A stretch of 32,000 nucleotides of DNA from Parasynechococcus marenigrum WH 8102 (GCF_000195975.1 NC_005070.1:690001-722000); one strand, 5' to 3'. Shown: positions 16,903 to 27,048, numbered from the stretch's first letter. Program-made: numbers and translations. The notes: a model not told the origin generated them from the sequence alone.

Positions 16903-18066
16903 TTATTTGCCCATCCCGAGGTGCTGCGCTTTTTGGTACACCTTGCCCTCCGTCAACAACGAAGGAGCCACCACGACTTCCACGTTCTGCATGTCTTGGA
17001 TGGTGCGGGCTCCAAGGGTGCCCATGGACGTTTTGAGGCAGCCCAGCAGGTTGTGGGTGCCGTCGTCGAGCTTGGCCGGGCCTCGCAGGATCCGTTCGAT
17101 GCTTCCCGTGCTTCCCACGTTGATGCGTGTTCCGCGTGGGAGGACAGGGCTTGGTGTCGCCATACCCCAGTGAAATCCGCGCCCTGGAGCTTCCTCGGCG
17201 CGGGCGATCGGTGAGCCGATCATCACGGCGTCAGCGCCGCAGGCGATGCACTTGCAGATGTCGCCACCGGTCACGATCCCCCCATCGGCCACGATCGGGA
17301 CGTAGCGGCCTGTCTCTTTTTCGTAATCGGCACGGGCAGCGGCACAGTCGGCGACTGCAGTGGCCTGGGGAATGCCAACGCCCAACACGCCGCGAGAGGT
17401 GCAAGCGGCTCCAGGGCCGATTCCAACCATCACACCGGCTGCCCCAGCGCGCATCAATTGCAGGGCCACGTCGTAGGTCACGCAGTTGCCGATGACCACG
17501 GGGACACCCATGTCCCTGCACAGCGCCTCCAGATCGAGCGTGTCCTGGCCCTCGGGGCCGATGTGGTTGGTGGACACAACCGTGGCCTGCACGAAAAAGA
17601 GATCGGCGCCTGCCTCAGCGATGGCTTTTCCAAAGCGCAGTGCAGCGACAGGGGTTCCACTGACCGCAGCGATTCCTCCCTTGGCCTTGATGTCGGCGAT
17701 GCGTTTGCGGATCAGGCTTTCCTGAACCGGCTGGCTGTAGATCTCTTGCATCAAGGGGACGAACTCGTCCTTGCCAACGGCTGCAATCCGATCCAGAACT
17801 TCGTTGGGATCGTCGTAGCGGGTCTGGACTCCCTCCAGGTTGAGCACGCCGAGGGCCCCGAGATTGGAGAGCCGCACAGCCATGTCCACGTCGACCACGC
17901 CGTCCATAGCGCTGGCAATGATCGGGATATCCCGTTCAATGCCACCAAGAGTCCAGCGCGTATCTGTTACCTCTGGGTCAACGGTCCGACCACCGGGCAC
18001 CAGTGCAATTTCATCAATTCCATAGGCCCGGCGAACGGTCTTGGAGCGTCCGAGCTGAATGTCCAC
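16903..18066 (-). CDS. guaB: IMP dehydrogenase family protein (387-aa cyanobacterial GuaB type)
   Basis: MDIQLGRSKTVRRAYGIDEIALVPG N-terminus (GTG start), the catalytic loop VGIGPGAACTSR, and the TIM-barrel phosphate-binding GGDICKCIACGADAVMIG. Confidence 0.88.
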   Translation of the reverse strand: MDIQLGRSKTVRRAYGIDEIALVPGGRTVDPEVTDTRWTLGGIERDIPIIASAMDGVVDVDMAVRLSNLGALGVLNLEGVQTRYDDPNEVLDRIAAVGKDEFVPLMQEIYSQPVQESLIRKRIADIKAKGGIAAVSGTPVAALRFGKAIAEAGADLFFVQATVVSTNHIGPEGQDTLDLEALCRDMGVPVVIGNCVTYDVALQLMRAGAAGVMVGIGPGAACTSRGVLGVGIPQATAVADCAAARADYEKETGRYVPIVADGGIVTGGDICKCIACGADAVMIGSPIARAEEAPGRGFHWGMATPSPVLPRGTRINVGSTGSIERILRGPAKLDDGTHNLLGCLKTSMGTLGARTIQDMQNVEVVVAPSLLTEGKVYQKAQHLGMGK

Positions 18067-18121
18067 CGCACGTCTTGATGAAGTCTCATCAAGCTACCAA
18101 TCGGGTTGCGGCGAGCTGTGC

Positions 18122-18607
18122 TCAGCCACCGACAACCCGTTGCCAGAGGCGCACCAGGTCTTCCAACACTTTGCGGCGGTCCCCGCTGCGCACCAGGTTG
18201 CGCACTGAAAAATTTCCGAGCCAGATCACACCGGCCAGTTCAAACAAGCCTGAGGCCAGGGGCAACGCATCAATGGTGCGAAGAATGCCGCCATAGATCT
18301 GCAGAACAATCACCAGAACAATCAAGCCTGCGAGCAGTCGAAGCGGGCCTTTCAACTGGCTCCACTGGCTGTGCAGCTGATCTGTGTTGACCAACCCTTG
18401 GAGCTTGTCCTTCAACAGATCCCACTCACCCCCTGAGGCGTCAGCGTCAGCCGGGATCGTCACCGTGGCTGCAATGGCTGGATCAGAGGTGAGCTCTGGG
18501 GTGACAATGGGGGTTGTTGTGACGGTGGGGGTTGGTGTGGGCTCTGGGACCGGGCTGACGCTGTCGACGTTGGATTGTGGTTCGTCGATGGGTCCCATCA
18601 GTTCCAA
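18122..18607 (-). CDS. CAAD-domain thylakoid membrane protein (CurT-like)
   Basis: Pro/Thr-rich N-terminus followed by two hydrophobic helices (LLAGLIVLVIVLQIYGGIL… / LFELAGVIWLGNF) and an amphipathic tail. This is the organisation I associate with the CAAD/CURT1 family. Confidence 0.6.
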   Translation of the reverse strand: MELMGPIDEPQSNVDSVSPVPEPTPTPTVTTTPIVTPELTSDPAIAATVTIPADADASGGEWDLLKDKLQGLVNTDQLHSQWSQLKGPLRLLAGLIVLVIVLQIYGGILRTIDALPLASGLFELAGVIWLGNFSVRNLVRSGDRRKVLEDLVRLWQRVVGG

Positions 18608-18690
18608 AAATTTGACCTGGAGCTTATCGGAGGTTTTCGGTCTTGATTCCTCCTCGGAGATAAACTGAAGGGCGGTGGTACATCGTTTGT

Positions 18691-21318
18691 ATGGCGGATT
18701 CTGTGGGGCCAGGAGGCGGCGGTCCCGGCGATTCCGACGATCGAATCATTCAGGCGGATCTTCGCAACGAGATGTCGCGCTCCTATCTGGAGTACGCGAT
18801 GAGTGTGATCGTGGGCCGGGCGTTGCCCGATGCCCGCGATGGCCTAAAGCCCGTGCATCGCCGGATCTTGTACGCGATGTACGAATTGGGGCTGACCAGC
18901 GATCGCCCTTACAGGAAATGCGCCCGTGTGGTGGGCGAGGTGCTGGGTAAATACCACCCCCATGGCGATACGGCTGTGTACGACGCCCTGGTGCGGATGG
19001 CCCAGGACTTTTCGATGTCGATGCCGTTGATTGACGGGCACGGCAATTTCGGATCGGTGGACAACGATCCGCCGGCGGCCATGCGATACACCGAGTCCAG
19101 GTTGCAGGCGCTGACCACCGACAGCCTGCTGGAGGACATCGAGGCCGAGACCGTTGATTTCGCCGATAACTTCGATGGTTCGCAGCAGGAGCCGACGGTG
19201 CTTCCGGCTCGAATTCCCCAGCTGCTGCTGAATGGTTCAGCGGGCATTGCCGTGGGGATGGCGACCAACATCCCCCCCCACAACCTCAATGAGCTGATCA
19301 ACGGTCTGCTGGCGCTGATTGAGAACCCTGATCTCACAGATCAGGAGTTGGTCCGGCTGATTCCTGGACCCGACTTCCCAACAGGTGGTCAGATCCTGGG
19401 TCGCGAGGGCATCCGTGAGACCTATCTGGGCGGTCGTGGCTCGATCACCATGCGCGGTGTGGCGGCGATTGAGACGATCGAAGCCCCCGGCCGTCCTGAT
19501 CGTGATGCCGTGATCATCACGGAGTTGCCTTATCAGACCAACAAGGCTGGCCTGATCGAGCGCATCGCCGAGCTGGTCAACGACAAAAAGCTTGAGGGTA
19601 TTTCTGATATCCGCGATGAGAGCGATCGCGACGGCATGCGCATCGTGGTGGAGCTGCGCCGTGATGCCTATCCGCAGGTGGTGCTGAACAATCTGTTCAA
19701 ACTCACTGCCTTGCAAAGCAACTTCAGTGCTTACATGTTGGCGCTGGTGAACGGTGAGCCGATCCTGCTCACCCTGCGCAAGATGCTCGAGGTGTTTCTC
19801 GACTTTCGTGTCGAGACCATTGAGCGCCGCACCCGTTATCTGCTGCGCAAGGCCGAGGAACGCGATCACATCCTGCTGGGCCTGCTGTTGGCCCTTGATC
19901 AGCTGGATCCGATCATTGCCCTCATCCGGGCTGCGCCTGACACGGCTACGGCCCGTCAGCAGCTGCAGGACCGTCATGGCCTCAGCGACATTCAGGCCGA
20001 CGCCATCCTGCAGATGCAGCTGCGGCGTCTCACAGCGTTGGAGGCCGACAAGATCCGGCTTGAGCACGAGGATCTGGTCACCAAAATCGCGGATTACAAA
20101 GACATCCTCGGCCGGCGTGAGCGGGTGTTCGGAATCATTCAGGACGAACTCAACCAACTCAGCGATCGCTACACGACACCGCGCCGAACCGAGATTCTCG
20201 ATCTGGGTGGTGGTCTTGAGGACATCGATCTGATCGCCAACGAGCGTTCCGTGGTGCTCGTCACCGAAACCGGTTACCTGAAACGGATGCCGGTGAGTGA
20301 GTTCGAAGCCACCAGTCGAGGCACCCGCGGCAAAGCTGGCACCCGCAGCCAGGGAGAGGAGGCCGTGAAGCTGTTCATCAGCTGCAACGACCACGACACG
20401 CTGCTGCTGTTCAGTGATCGGGGTGTTTCCTATGCCCTTCCGGCTTACCGGGTGCCGCAATGCAGCCGCACCGCAAAAGGCACACCGGTGGTGCAGTTGT
20501 TGCCCATCCCTCGGGAGGAAGCAATCACCTCGTTGATTCCCGTGTCGGAATTCAACGACGACATGGACTTGTTGATGCTGACCCGAGGCGGGTTCATCAA
20601 GCGCACCCGTCTTTCAGCCTTCAGCAACATTCGCTCCAATGGTCTGATCGCTATCAACCTGGAAGAGGGGGATGCATTGCGTTGGGTTCGTCTGGCGGTG
20701 CCCGGCGACAGCGTGCTGATCGGCTCCAATGCGGGGATGACGATTCACTTTCGCCTCAGTGATGAGGAGCTGCGCCCATTAGGCCGCACGGCCCGTGGTG
20801 TGCGTTCGATGAACCTGCGCGAGGGCGATGGACTGGTGAGCATGGATGTCCTGCCGGTTGAGCTGGCGGATCGGATCGCCCAGAGTGCAGAGGACGATGA
20901 AGAGGATGATGCATCCTCTGGTGATGGTCCCTGGGTGTTGGTGGCCTCGGCATCTGGATTGGGCAAGCGTGTGCCGGTGACCCAGTTCCGACTGCAGAAG
21001 CGGGCTGGCATGGGCCTGCGGGCGATGAAGTTCCGCACGACGGATGATGCTCTGGTGGGTCTACGGGTCCTCGGTGCTGGTGAGGAGGTGCTGTTAGTGA
21101 GCGAGAAAGGGGTGATCGTGCGCACCAGCGCCGATGCGATTCCCCAGCAGTCGCGTGCCGCCACGGGTGTGCGGCTGCAGCGTCTCGATAAAGGTGACCG
21201 TCTTTCGGAAGTGGTGCTGGTGCCGCCTGAAGCAGAAGACGACACCACAGCAACCGACGACACCAACGCGGATGACACCGAAACGAGTGACACCGAAAGC
21301 AGCGCGCAGGACAGCTGA
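18691..21318 (+). CDS. gyrA: DNA gyrase subunit A
   Basis: [32 protein letters not shown], active-site AAMRYTE, and a beta-pinwheel C-terminal domain. 875 aa with an acidic insert and an acidic tail. Confidence 0.97.
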   Translation: MADSVGPGGGGPGDSDDRIIQADLRNEMSRSYLEYAMSVIVGRALPDARDGLKPVHRRILYAMYELGLTSDRPYRKCARVVGEVLGKYHPHGDTAVYDALVRMAQDFSMSMPLIDGHGNFGSVDNDPPAAMRYTESRLQALTTDSLLEDIEAETVDFADNFDGSQQEPTVLPARIPQLLLNGSAGIAVGMATNIPPHNLNELINGLLALIENPDLTDQELVRLIPGPDFPTGGQILGREGIRETYLGGRGSITMRGVAAIETIEAPGRPDRDAVIITELPYQTNKAGLIERIAELVNDKKLEGISDIRDESDRDGMRIVVELRRDAYPQVVLNNLFKLTALQSNFSAYMLALVNGEPILLTLRKMLEVFLDFRVETIERRTRYLLRKAEERDHILLGLLLALDQLDPIIALIRAAPDTATARQQLQDRHGLSDIQADAILQMQLRRLTALEADKIRLEHEDLVTKIADYKDILGRRERVFGIIQDELNQLSDRYTTPRRTEILDLGGGLEDIDLIANERSVVLVTETGYLKRMPVSEFEATSRGTRGKAGTRSQGEEAVKLFISCNDHDTLLLFSDRGVSYALPAYRVPQCSRTAKGTPVVQLLPIPREEAITSLIPVSEFNDDMDLLMLTRGGFIKRTRLSAFSNIRSNGLIAINLEEGDALRWVRLAVPGDSVLIGSNAGMTIHFRLSDEELRPLGRTARGVRSMNLREGDGLVSMDVLPVELADRIAQSAEDDEEDDASSGDGPWVLVASASGLGKRVPVTQFRLQKRAGMGLRAMKFRTTDDALVGLRVLGAGEEVLLVSEKGVIVRTSADAIPQQSRAATGVRLQRLDKGDRLSEVVLVPPEAEDDTTATDDTNADDTETSDTESSAQDS

Positions 21319-21320
21319 CC

Positions 21321-22574
21321 TTGGCTGAGCCGGTGGATGTGCTGGTGCTTGGGGGCGGTCCCGCCGCCCTCTGCATCGCCTCGGAACTGAATCAATGGGG
21401 CGTGGCTGTTGGATGCATTGCCCCAGATCCAGTCGACGCTTCTTGGCCGAACACCTACGGCATCTGGGCCGATGAGCTGAAGATGGTTGGGCTCGAGCAC
21501 TTGCTGGAGCACCGCTGGAGCGACACCGTCAGTTTTTTCGGCGCAGGCGGCTCAACGGCTCAGGATCAGAGCCATGCCCACGGGATCGACTATGGCTTGT
21601 TTGATCGGGCCGAGTTGCAGCGCTATTGGCTGGAGCGCGCCGACGGCGTGGTCTGGCATCAAGACACGGCCGAACGGGTCGACGCAACCAGTGCAACCAC
21701 CAGCGTCAGCTGTGTGTCGGGAACCACGTTGCAGGCACGGTTGGTGATTGACGCCTCCGGCTCGCGCACGCCCCACATCCGCCGTCCGGATCAGGGGCCG
21801 GTGGCGGGCCAGGCGGCCTATGGCGTGGTGGGGAGGTTCTCCCAGCCGCCGATTGAGGCAGGACGGTTTGTGTTGATGGACTACCGCTGCGATCACCTCA
21901 GTGCAGCGCAGCGCCAAGAACCACCCACGTTTTTGTACGCCATGGATCTGGGCGATGGGGTGTTCTTCGTGGAAGAAACCTCACTCGCCTTGGCACCGGG
22001 TTTTTCCTACGACGTGCTCAAGCAACGGTTGCAGCAGCGCTTGGATCAGCGCGGCGTGGCGATCACCGAGGTGATCCATGAAGAGTTCTGCCTGTTTCCG
22101 ATGAACCTGCCGCTGCCAGACCGAAGCCAACCGCTGCTGGCCTTCGGTGGAGCGGCAAGCATGGTGCACCCGGCCTCCGGCTACATGGTTGGGTCGCTGC
22201 TGCGGCGGGGGCCAGATCTAGCCAAGGCCCTCGCCGAAGCCCTCGCCAATCGAAACCTGGGCTCAGCGGCCCTGGCGCAACGGGGCTGGCAAGCGCTCTG
22301 GCCGATCGAGTTGGTGCTGCGTCATCAGCTCTATCAGTTCGGTTTGGGGCGGTTGATGGGCTTCAACGAAGCGTTGTTGCGCACCCACTTCGCCACCTTC
22401 TTTTCGCTCCCGCGGGAGGAGTGGTTTGGCTTCCTCACCAACACACTGCCGTTGCCCAGGTTGATGGGGGTGATGCTGCGCTTGTTTGCCCTATCCCCCT
22501 GGGAGTTGCGGCGGGGGTTGGTGCTGGGGGCAGCGATGGATCAGCTGCCGACCTTCGACCAATCCAGCGGCTGA
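21321..22574 (+). CDS. crtL: Lycopene cyclase, CrtL family
   Basis: FAD-binding VLVLGGGPAALCIA and a CrtL-type body (…FLYAMDL…VFFVEETSL…FGGAASMVHPASGY…). Start is either TTG 21321 (2 nt after the gyrA stop) or in-frame GTG 21333. Confidence 0.85.
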   Translation: MAEPVDVLVLGGGPAALCIASELNQWGVAVGCIAPDPVDASWPNTYGIWADELKMVGLEHLLEHRWSDTVSFFGAGGSTAQDQSHAHGIDYGLFDRAELQRYWLERADGVVWHQDTAERVDATSATTSVSCVSGTTLQARLVIDASGSRTPHIRRPDQGPVAGQAAYGVVGRFSQPPIEAGRFVLMDYRCDHLSAAQRQEPPTFLYAMDLGDGVFFVEETSLALAPGFSYDVLKQRLQQRLDQRGVAITEVIHEEFCLFPMNLPLPDRSQPLLAFGGAASMVHPASGYMVGSLLRRGPDLAKALAEALANRNLGSAALAQRGWQALWPIELVLRHQLYQFGLGRLMGFNEALLRTHFATFFSLPREEWFGFLTNTLPLPRLMGVMLRLFALSPWELRRGLVLGAAMDQLPTFDQSSG

Positions 22575-24109
22575 ATCAACGGGAACAGGCGGTCGTCCGC
22601 CTGCACCTCCTCGAGCCACCCTTCGGGTAGATCGCCGCTGCCATCAATCGCTGCCATCAGCATCCAGAACCGCTCCAGGTGGCGTTCGATCCGTTCCCGC
22701 GCCAGTCCGGTTGTTGTGCCAGCCCGAAGAATGAAGCTCCAGTCGGAGGACTGTGCCAGCAGGAGTTCCCGCGCCGCTTGGCTGAGCAGCTGGAGATCCG
22801 CTTCGCGGGCTACACCGCGGCTGCAGCGCTGCACCATGGCTTCTCCGGCGCGCTCCCACTCCGGGACAACCCAGGCGTTGCTGTCATTGAGCCAGTAATT
22901 GTGGTAACCACCCTGGCCCCAGCTCGAGGGGCAGGGGTCGCAGAGCTGCAGTTGTTGTGAACCATCCAAGACATCCCGTAGCCGGGTGAAGGGAACGCCC
23001 TTGCTTGGCCCCTGGCGGAACAGTTCGGCCAAAAATGATGGGCCTTCAAACCACCAATGGCCAAACAGTTCCGCATCAAAGGGAGCCACGAGCAATGGAC
23101 TGATCGTCATGCCGCTGCTGAGTTGATCCAATTGGCGTCGGCGTCCTTTGAGGTAGTGGCTGGCGTGGTGCCGAATTCTCTCGGCGGCGATGGATGGGCG
23201 ATACGGCTGTTTCTGATCGAGCGGAGCGCTGTGGTCGGTGACGCGATGCAGCTTGAGGCTCAGAGGTCGGGGCTCCGACAAGCCAAGTGGCGACAGTTGT
23301 TCAAGGGGGAGATCCCATCCCAGGTCTCGATGAAATTCGCGGTAGTCCGGATCGCCGGGATAACCATCCTTGGCGGACCAGACCGGCAGGGTCGCTTCAC
23401 TGTCTCGACCGAAGAACGCCACCCCATTGCGGCTGCAGATCGGTGCGTACACCCCGTAGCGGGGACGCGGTCGACCGTGCAGGAGCCCATGGCCATCCAG
23501 AACGGCGTAGCGGAGTCCCGCATCGCGCATCCACTGGTCCAGCCCTTCGTAGTAGGCGCATTCCGGTAACCAGATCCCCAGCGGACGTTCCCCAATCAGT
23601 CGGTGGTGTTCGCGCACGGCGGTGCGCAGCTGGCCTCGGACCGCCTCAGGGTGCTGGCGCAGCAGCGGCAGATAGCCATGGGTGGCACCACAGGTGAGCA
23701 GATCCACCACCTCAGCCCGTTGCAACGAAGCAAATCGGCTGATCAGGTCTCCATCGCAGGCCATCCAGGCGGACTTGTGGCGCTGGATGGAGGCGCCGAG
23801 ATGCTCCCTCGCCTCGGCAAGCTCCGCATCAGCAAAGGGGAGAAGGTCGAGGCGCTGATCCAACCAGCTGGGGAACCGCTGTTGCAGGTCAGGGTCACTG
23901 AGCAAGGACAGCAACGTTGGTGACAGGCCAACGGTGAGCTTCGGAGCGCTGGCCGGATCCGCTGCTGCCTGTTCAAGGACCTCCAGCAGCGGCAGGTAGC
24001 ACTCCATCAAGGCCTGGAAAAACCAGTCTTCCTCCAGCGAACCCGGCACCACCGAGCGCACATACGGCAGGTGGGCGTGGAGGACGAGGGCGAGAGCGCC
24101 GTTGCTCAA
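22541..24109 (-). CDS. Glycoside hydrolase family 57 protein (alpha-glucan branching/amylopullulanase-like, DUF1957-containing)
   Basis: The N-terminal LVLHAHLPYVR motif and overall ~520-aa GH57 organisation (…CGATHGYLPLL…, …WLPECAY…, …APFDAELFGHWWFEG…). TTG start at 24109. Confidence 0.85.
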   Translation of the reverse strand: MSNGALALVLHAHLPYVRSVVPGSLEEDWFFQALMECYLPLLEVLEQAAADPASAPKLTVGLSPTLLSLLSDPDLQQRFPSWLDQRLDLLPFADAELAEAREHLGASIQRHKSAWMACDGDLISRFASLQRAEVVDLLTCGATHGYLPLLRQHPEAVRGQLRTAVREHHRLIGERPLGIWLPECAYYEGLDQWMRDAGLRYAVLDGHGLLHGRPRPRYGVYAPICSRNGVAFFGRDSEATLPVWSAKDGYPGDPDYREFHRDLGWDLPLEQLSPLGLSEPRPLSLKLHRVTDHSAPLDQKQPYRPSIAAERIRHHASHYLKGRRRQLDQLSSGMTISPLLVAPFDAELFGHWWFEGPSFLAELFRQGPSKGVPFTRLRDVLDGSQQLQLCDPCPSSWGQGGYHNYWLNDSNAWVVPEWERAGEAMVQRCSRGVAREADLQLLSQAARELLLAQSSDWSFILRAGTTTGLARERIERHLERFWMLMAAIDGSGDLPEGWLEEVQADDRLFPLIQPLDWSKVGS

Positions 24110-24222
24110 GTGACCAACCGCCCAAGAGTGGATGCGAATTTATCCGGTTTTGGCCGAGATGCCTGAACTAAGATGCAATAACTCATAGTCAATCCGACTA
24201 AGCCTTCGCGAGGGCGTTTTTC

Positions 24223-25845
24223 ATGGCCAAGGACCCAGGTCGTGTCTTGATTTTCGACACCACCCTGCGGGATGGTGAGCAGTCTCCCGGGGCCAGCCTC
24301 AACCTGGAGGAAAAGCTGGCCATCGCTCAGCAGCTGGCCCGTCTTGGCGTGGATGTCATTGAGGCTGGATTCCCCTTTGCCAGTGCAGGGGACTTCGCGG
24401 CTGTGCAGCGGATTGCCCAGCAGGTCGGGGGCGAGAACGGTCCCATCATCTGCGGGCTGGCCCGTGCATCGCAGAGGGACATCAAGGCTTGTGCAGAGGC
24501 GGTCTCACCGGCACCGCGTCGCCGAATCCACACTTTCATCGCCACCAGCGACATTCACCTCGAGCACAAATTGCGCAAGAGCCGTGCCGACGTGCTCGGC
24601 ATCGTTCCCGAGATGGTCAGCTATGCCCGCTCCCTGATGGACGACATTGAATTTTCCTGTGAAGACGCCGGCCGCAGCGACCCGGAGTTCCTCTACGAGG
24701 TGATCGAGGCGGCGATTGCCGCTGGCGCCACCACGATCAACATTCCAGACACTGTCGGTTACACCACGCCAAGCGAATTTGGCGATCTGATTGCTGGAAT
24801 CAATCGCTATGTCCCCAACATCGGAGAAGCGGTTCTCTCCGTTCATGGCCATAACGATCTGGGCTTGGCTGTGGCGAACTTTCTGGAGGCGGTCAAGAAC
24901 GGCGCCCGTCAGCTGGAATGCACCATCAACGGCATCGGCGAGCGGGCAGGCAATGCCTCACTCGAGGAATTGGTAATGGCTTTGCACGTGCGCCGTCGTT
25001 ACTTCAATCCGTTTTTCGGCCGCGATCAGGACAGTCCCACTCCCCTCTCGGCGGTTCGCACCGAGGAACTCACCAAGACCTCGCGATTGGTGTCCAACCT
25101 CACGGGCATGGTGGTTCAGCCCAACAAGGCCATCGTTGGTGCCAATGCCTTTGCCCATGAATCGGGCATTCACCAGGACGGCGTGCTGAAAAACCGCCTC
25201 ACCTACGAAATCATCGATGCCAAGACCGTTGGTCTGAGCGACAACCGAATTTCACTGGGCAAGCTCAGCGGCCGCAGTGCGGTAAGAGCAAGGCTGGAAG
25301 AGCTCGGGTACGACCTGACTCGAGAGGATCTTGATGAGGCGTTCGCCCGCTTCAAAGACCTAGCCGATCGCAAACGGGAGATCACCGATCGCGATCTTGA
25401 GGCGATTGTCAGCGAACAGGTGCAACAGCCCGAGGCTCGCTATCAGCTCCAGCTGGTGCAGGTGAGTTGCGGAACGCGTTTGAAGCCGACCGCCACCGTT
25501 GCCCTTTCGGAGGAGAATGGTCCGGATCAAACCGTCTCGGCCGTTGGCACAGGACCGGTAGATGCGGTGTGCCGGGCTCTGAACCAACTGGCGGGAGTTC
25601 CCAATGAGCTCATCGAGTTCTCGGTGAAGTCGGTCACCGAGGGCATTGATGCCATGGGTGAAGTGACGATTCGCTTGCGTCGTGACGGGTCGCTTTATTC
25701 AGGCCATGCGGCTGATACCGACGTGGTGGTTGCTGCCGCCATGGCCTTTATCAATGCCTTGAATCGTCTTGTGGCAGCCCAGGAGCACCAGCCTTTGCAT
25801 CCTCAGCGGGATGCTGTTGTTCTCGACGCTCGGCCGACCCTCTGA
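24223..25845 (+). CDS. leuA: 2-isopropylmalate synthase
   Basis: [28 protein letters not shown], and the C-terminal LeuA allosteric domain. 540 aa. Confidence 0.96.
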   Translation: MAKDPGRVLIFDTTLRDGEQSPGASLNLEEKLAIAQQLARLGVDVIEAGFPFASAGDFAAVQRIAQQVGGENGPIICGLARASQRDIKACAEAVSPAPRRRIHTFIATSDIHLEHKLRKSRADVLGIVPEMVSYARSLMDDIEFSCEDAGRSDPEFLYEVIEAAIAAGATTINIPDTVGYTTPSEFGDLIAGINRYVPNIGEAVLSVHGHNDLGLAVANFLEAVKNGARQLECTINGIGERAGNASLEELVMALHVRRRYFNPFFGRDQDSPTPLSAVRTEELTKTSRLVSNLTGMVVQPNKAIVGANAFAHESGIHQDGVLKNRLTYEIIDAKTVGLSDNRISLGKLSGRSAVRARLEELGYDLTREDLDEAFARFKDLADRKREITDRDLEAIVSEQVQQPEARYQLQLVQVSCGTRLKPTATVALSEENGPDQTVSAVGTGPVDAVCRALNQLAGVPNELIEFSVKSVTEGIDAMGEVTIRLRRDGSLYSGHAADTDVVVAAAMAFINALNRLVAAQEHQPLHPQRDAVVLDARPTL

Positions 25846-25850
25846 AGTTC

Positions 25851-26675
25851 ATGCGTCACGCGGTACGGAGCGCTGTCCAACTGATGTTGTTGATCGCGCT
25901 GGCACTGCTGGTGCTGGTGCCATTGCTCTGGCTGGTGAGCACGTCGTTGAAGGGGTCCACCGAAAATATTTTCAGCAGTCCGCCAGCCCTTCTGCCAGCC
26001 CAACCCAGCCTTGAGGCTTATCGCAGGCTGTTTCAGGACAATCCTCTCAGCACATATCTAATCAACAGCACGGTGGTCAGTGTCCTGGCGGTTGGGGCCA
26101 ATCTGCTGTTCTGTTCGTTGGCGGCTTATCCCCTGGCCAGGATGCGTTTCGCAGGCCGTGGCCTGGTGTTGGGTCTGGTGGTGGCCACCATCCTGATTCC
26201 CTTCCAGGTGGTGATGATCCCTCTTTACCTGCTGATGGTTCAGCTAGGTCTGCGCAACACGCTGTTGGCGTTGATCATCCCTCAGGCCGCCACGGCCTTT
26301 GGTCTTTACCTTCTTCGTCAGAGCTTTCTGGGGGTTCCCAAGGAGTTGGAGGAGGCGGCCCGCATCGATGGTTGCAGCCGGTTGGGGGAATGGTGGAACG
26401 TGATGATCCCAGCGGCCCGTGCTGATCTGATCACCCTGGCCATGTTCGTGTTCATCGGCACCTGGAGTGATTTCCTCTGGCCGTTGGTGATTCTCGACGA
26501 TCCAACGCTTTACACACTTCCTCTGGGGTTGCAGCAACTGTCCAGCAGCTTCTCCCTGGACTGGCGGATTGTGGCGGCTGGTTCCGTGGTCTCGATCCTT
26601 CCCGTTCTCGCGTTGTTCATTCTGTTGCAGCGCTTCATCCTGCCGAATGCAAGCGGCGATGCCGTGAAGGGCTGA
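25851..26675 (+). CDS. Carbohydrate-type ABC transporter permease (MalG/CUT1-like), orphan
   Basis: 6 TM spans and the EAA loop ELEEAARIDGCSRLGEWWNVMIP. It starts 5 nt after the leuA stop, and no partner SBP, permease or ATPase is in the window. Confidence 0.88.
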   Translation: MRHAVRSAVQLMLLIALALLVLVPLLWLVSTSLKGSTENIFSSPPALLPAQPSLEAYRRLFQDNPLSTYLINSTVVSVLAVGANLLFCSLAAYPLARMRFAGRGLVLGLVVATILIPFQVVMIPLYLLMVQLGLRNTLLALIIPQAATAFGLYLLRQSFLGVPKELEEAARIDGCSRLGEWWNVMIPAARADLITLAMFVFIGTWSDFLWPLVILDDPTLYTLPLGLQQLSSSFSLDWRIVAAGSVVSILPVLALFILLQRFILPNASGDAVKG

Positions 26676-26705
26676 TCTAGAACACCAATCCAACTGAGGT
26701 CCTGG

Positions 26706-26951
26706 ATGTCCCTGTCGCAGCTCGACCAGTTCCTGTCGCTTCGTGAGTCGAACCCTCTGCTGTCGCAGCGGCTGGCCTCACCGCTTGAGCTTGAGGACTT
26801 TTTGCAACTCGCCCGAGAATGGGGGTTTCAGCTGACGGAATCCGACGTGCTGGCTGCCCAGAAACGGGCGATGGATCAGGGCAGTGCAGCGGCGCTTCAA
26901 CGGGCTCAAGCGGAAGAATCAAGACGATTGCGCAACTTCATTCATGGATGA
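26706..26951 (+). CDS. Nif11-like domain protein (81 aa)
   Basis: MSLSQLDQFLSLRESNPLLSQRL…LEDFLQLAREWGFQLTESDVLAAQ matches the Nif11 N-terminal (leader-type) domain pattern. The C-terminal 30 aa have no GG cleavage motif and no Cys. Confidence 0.7.
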   Translation: MSLSQLDQFLSLRESNPLLSQRLASPLELEDFLQLAREWGFQLTESDVLAAQKRAMDQGSAAALQRAQAEESRRLRNFIHG

Positions 26952-27048
26952 GCCGTCCATGGCGTGACCTCTGTCACCAGTAGATGTGTCACCGCTCACA
27001 GAATGTTGACGTGCTCTACATGAAAATTTAGGGAGTGAGTGATCAAGA

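Noticed and set aside
18678-18691. NtcA-like site GTA-N8-GTA just before gyrA
   Set aside because: The second half-site is GTA rather than TAC, so it is not a palindrome, and it abuts the start codon instead of lying near -41.
18899-20170. HIP1 (GCGATCGC) copies inside gyrA (about 18903, 19622, 20162)
   Set aside because: There are only a few copies, all in coding sequence. I cannot show over-representation by eye.
19237-20460. 407-aa ORF on the minus strand, entirely inside gyrA
   Set aside because: It is antisense to a very well supported gene. Its composition is R/A/G/L/Q/H-rich with no motifs. Long antisense ORFs are expected in ~60% GC coding DNA.
20745-21512. 255-aa and 206-aa minus-strand ORFs over the gyrA 3' end and crtL 5' end
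   Set aside because: These are low-complexity S/R/P/A-rich translations antisense to real genes, running through the gyrA/crtL junction.
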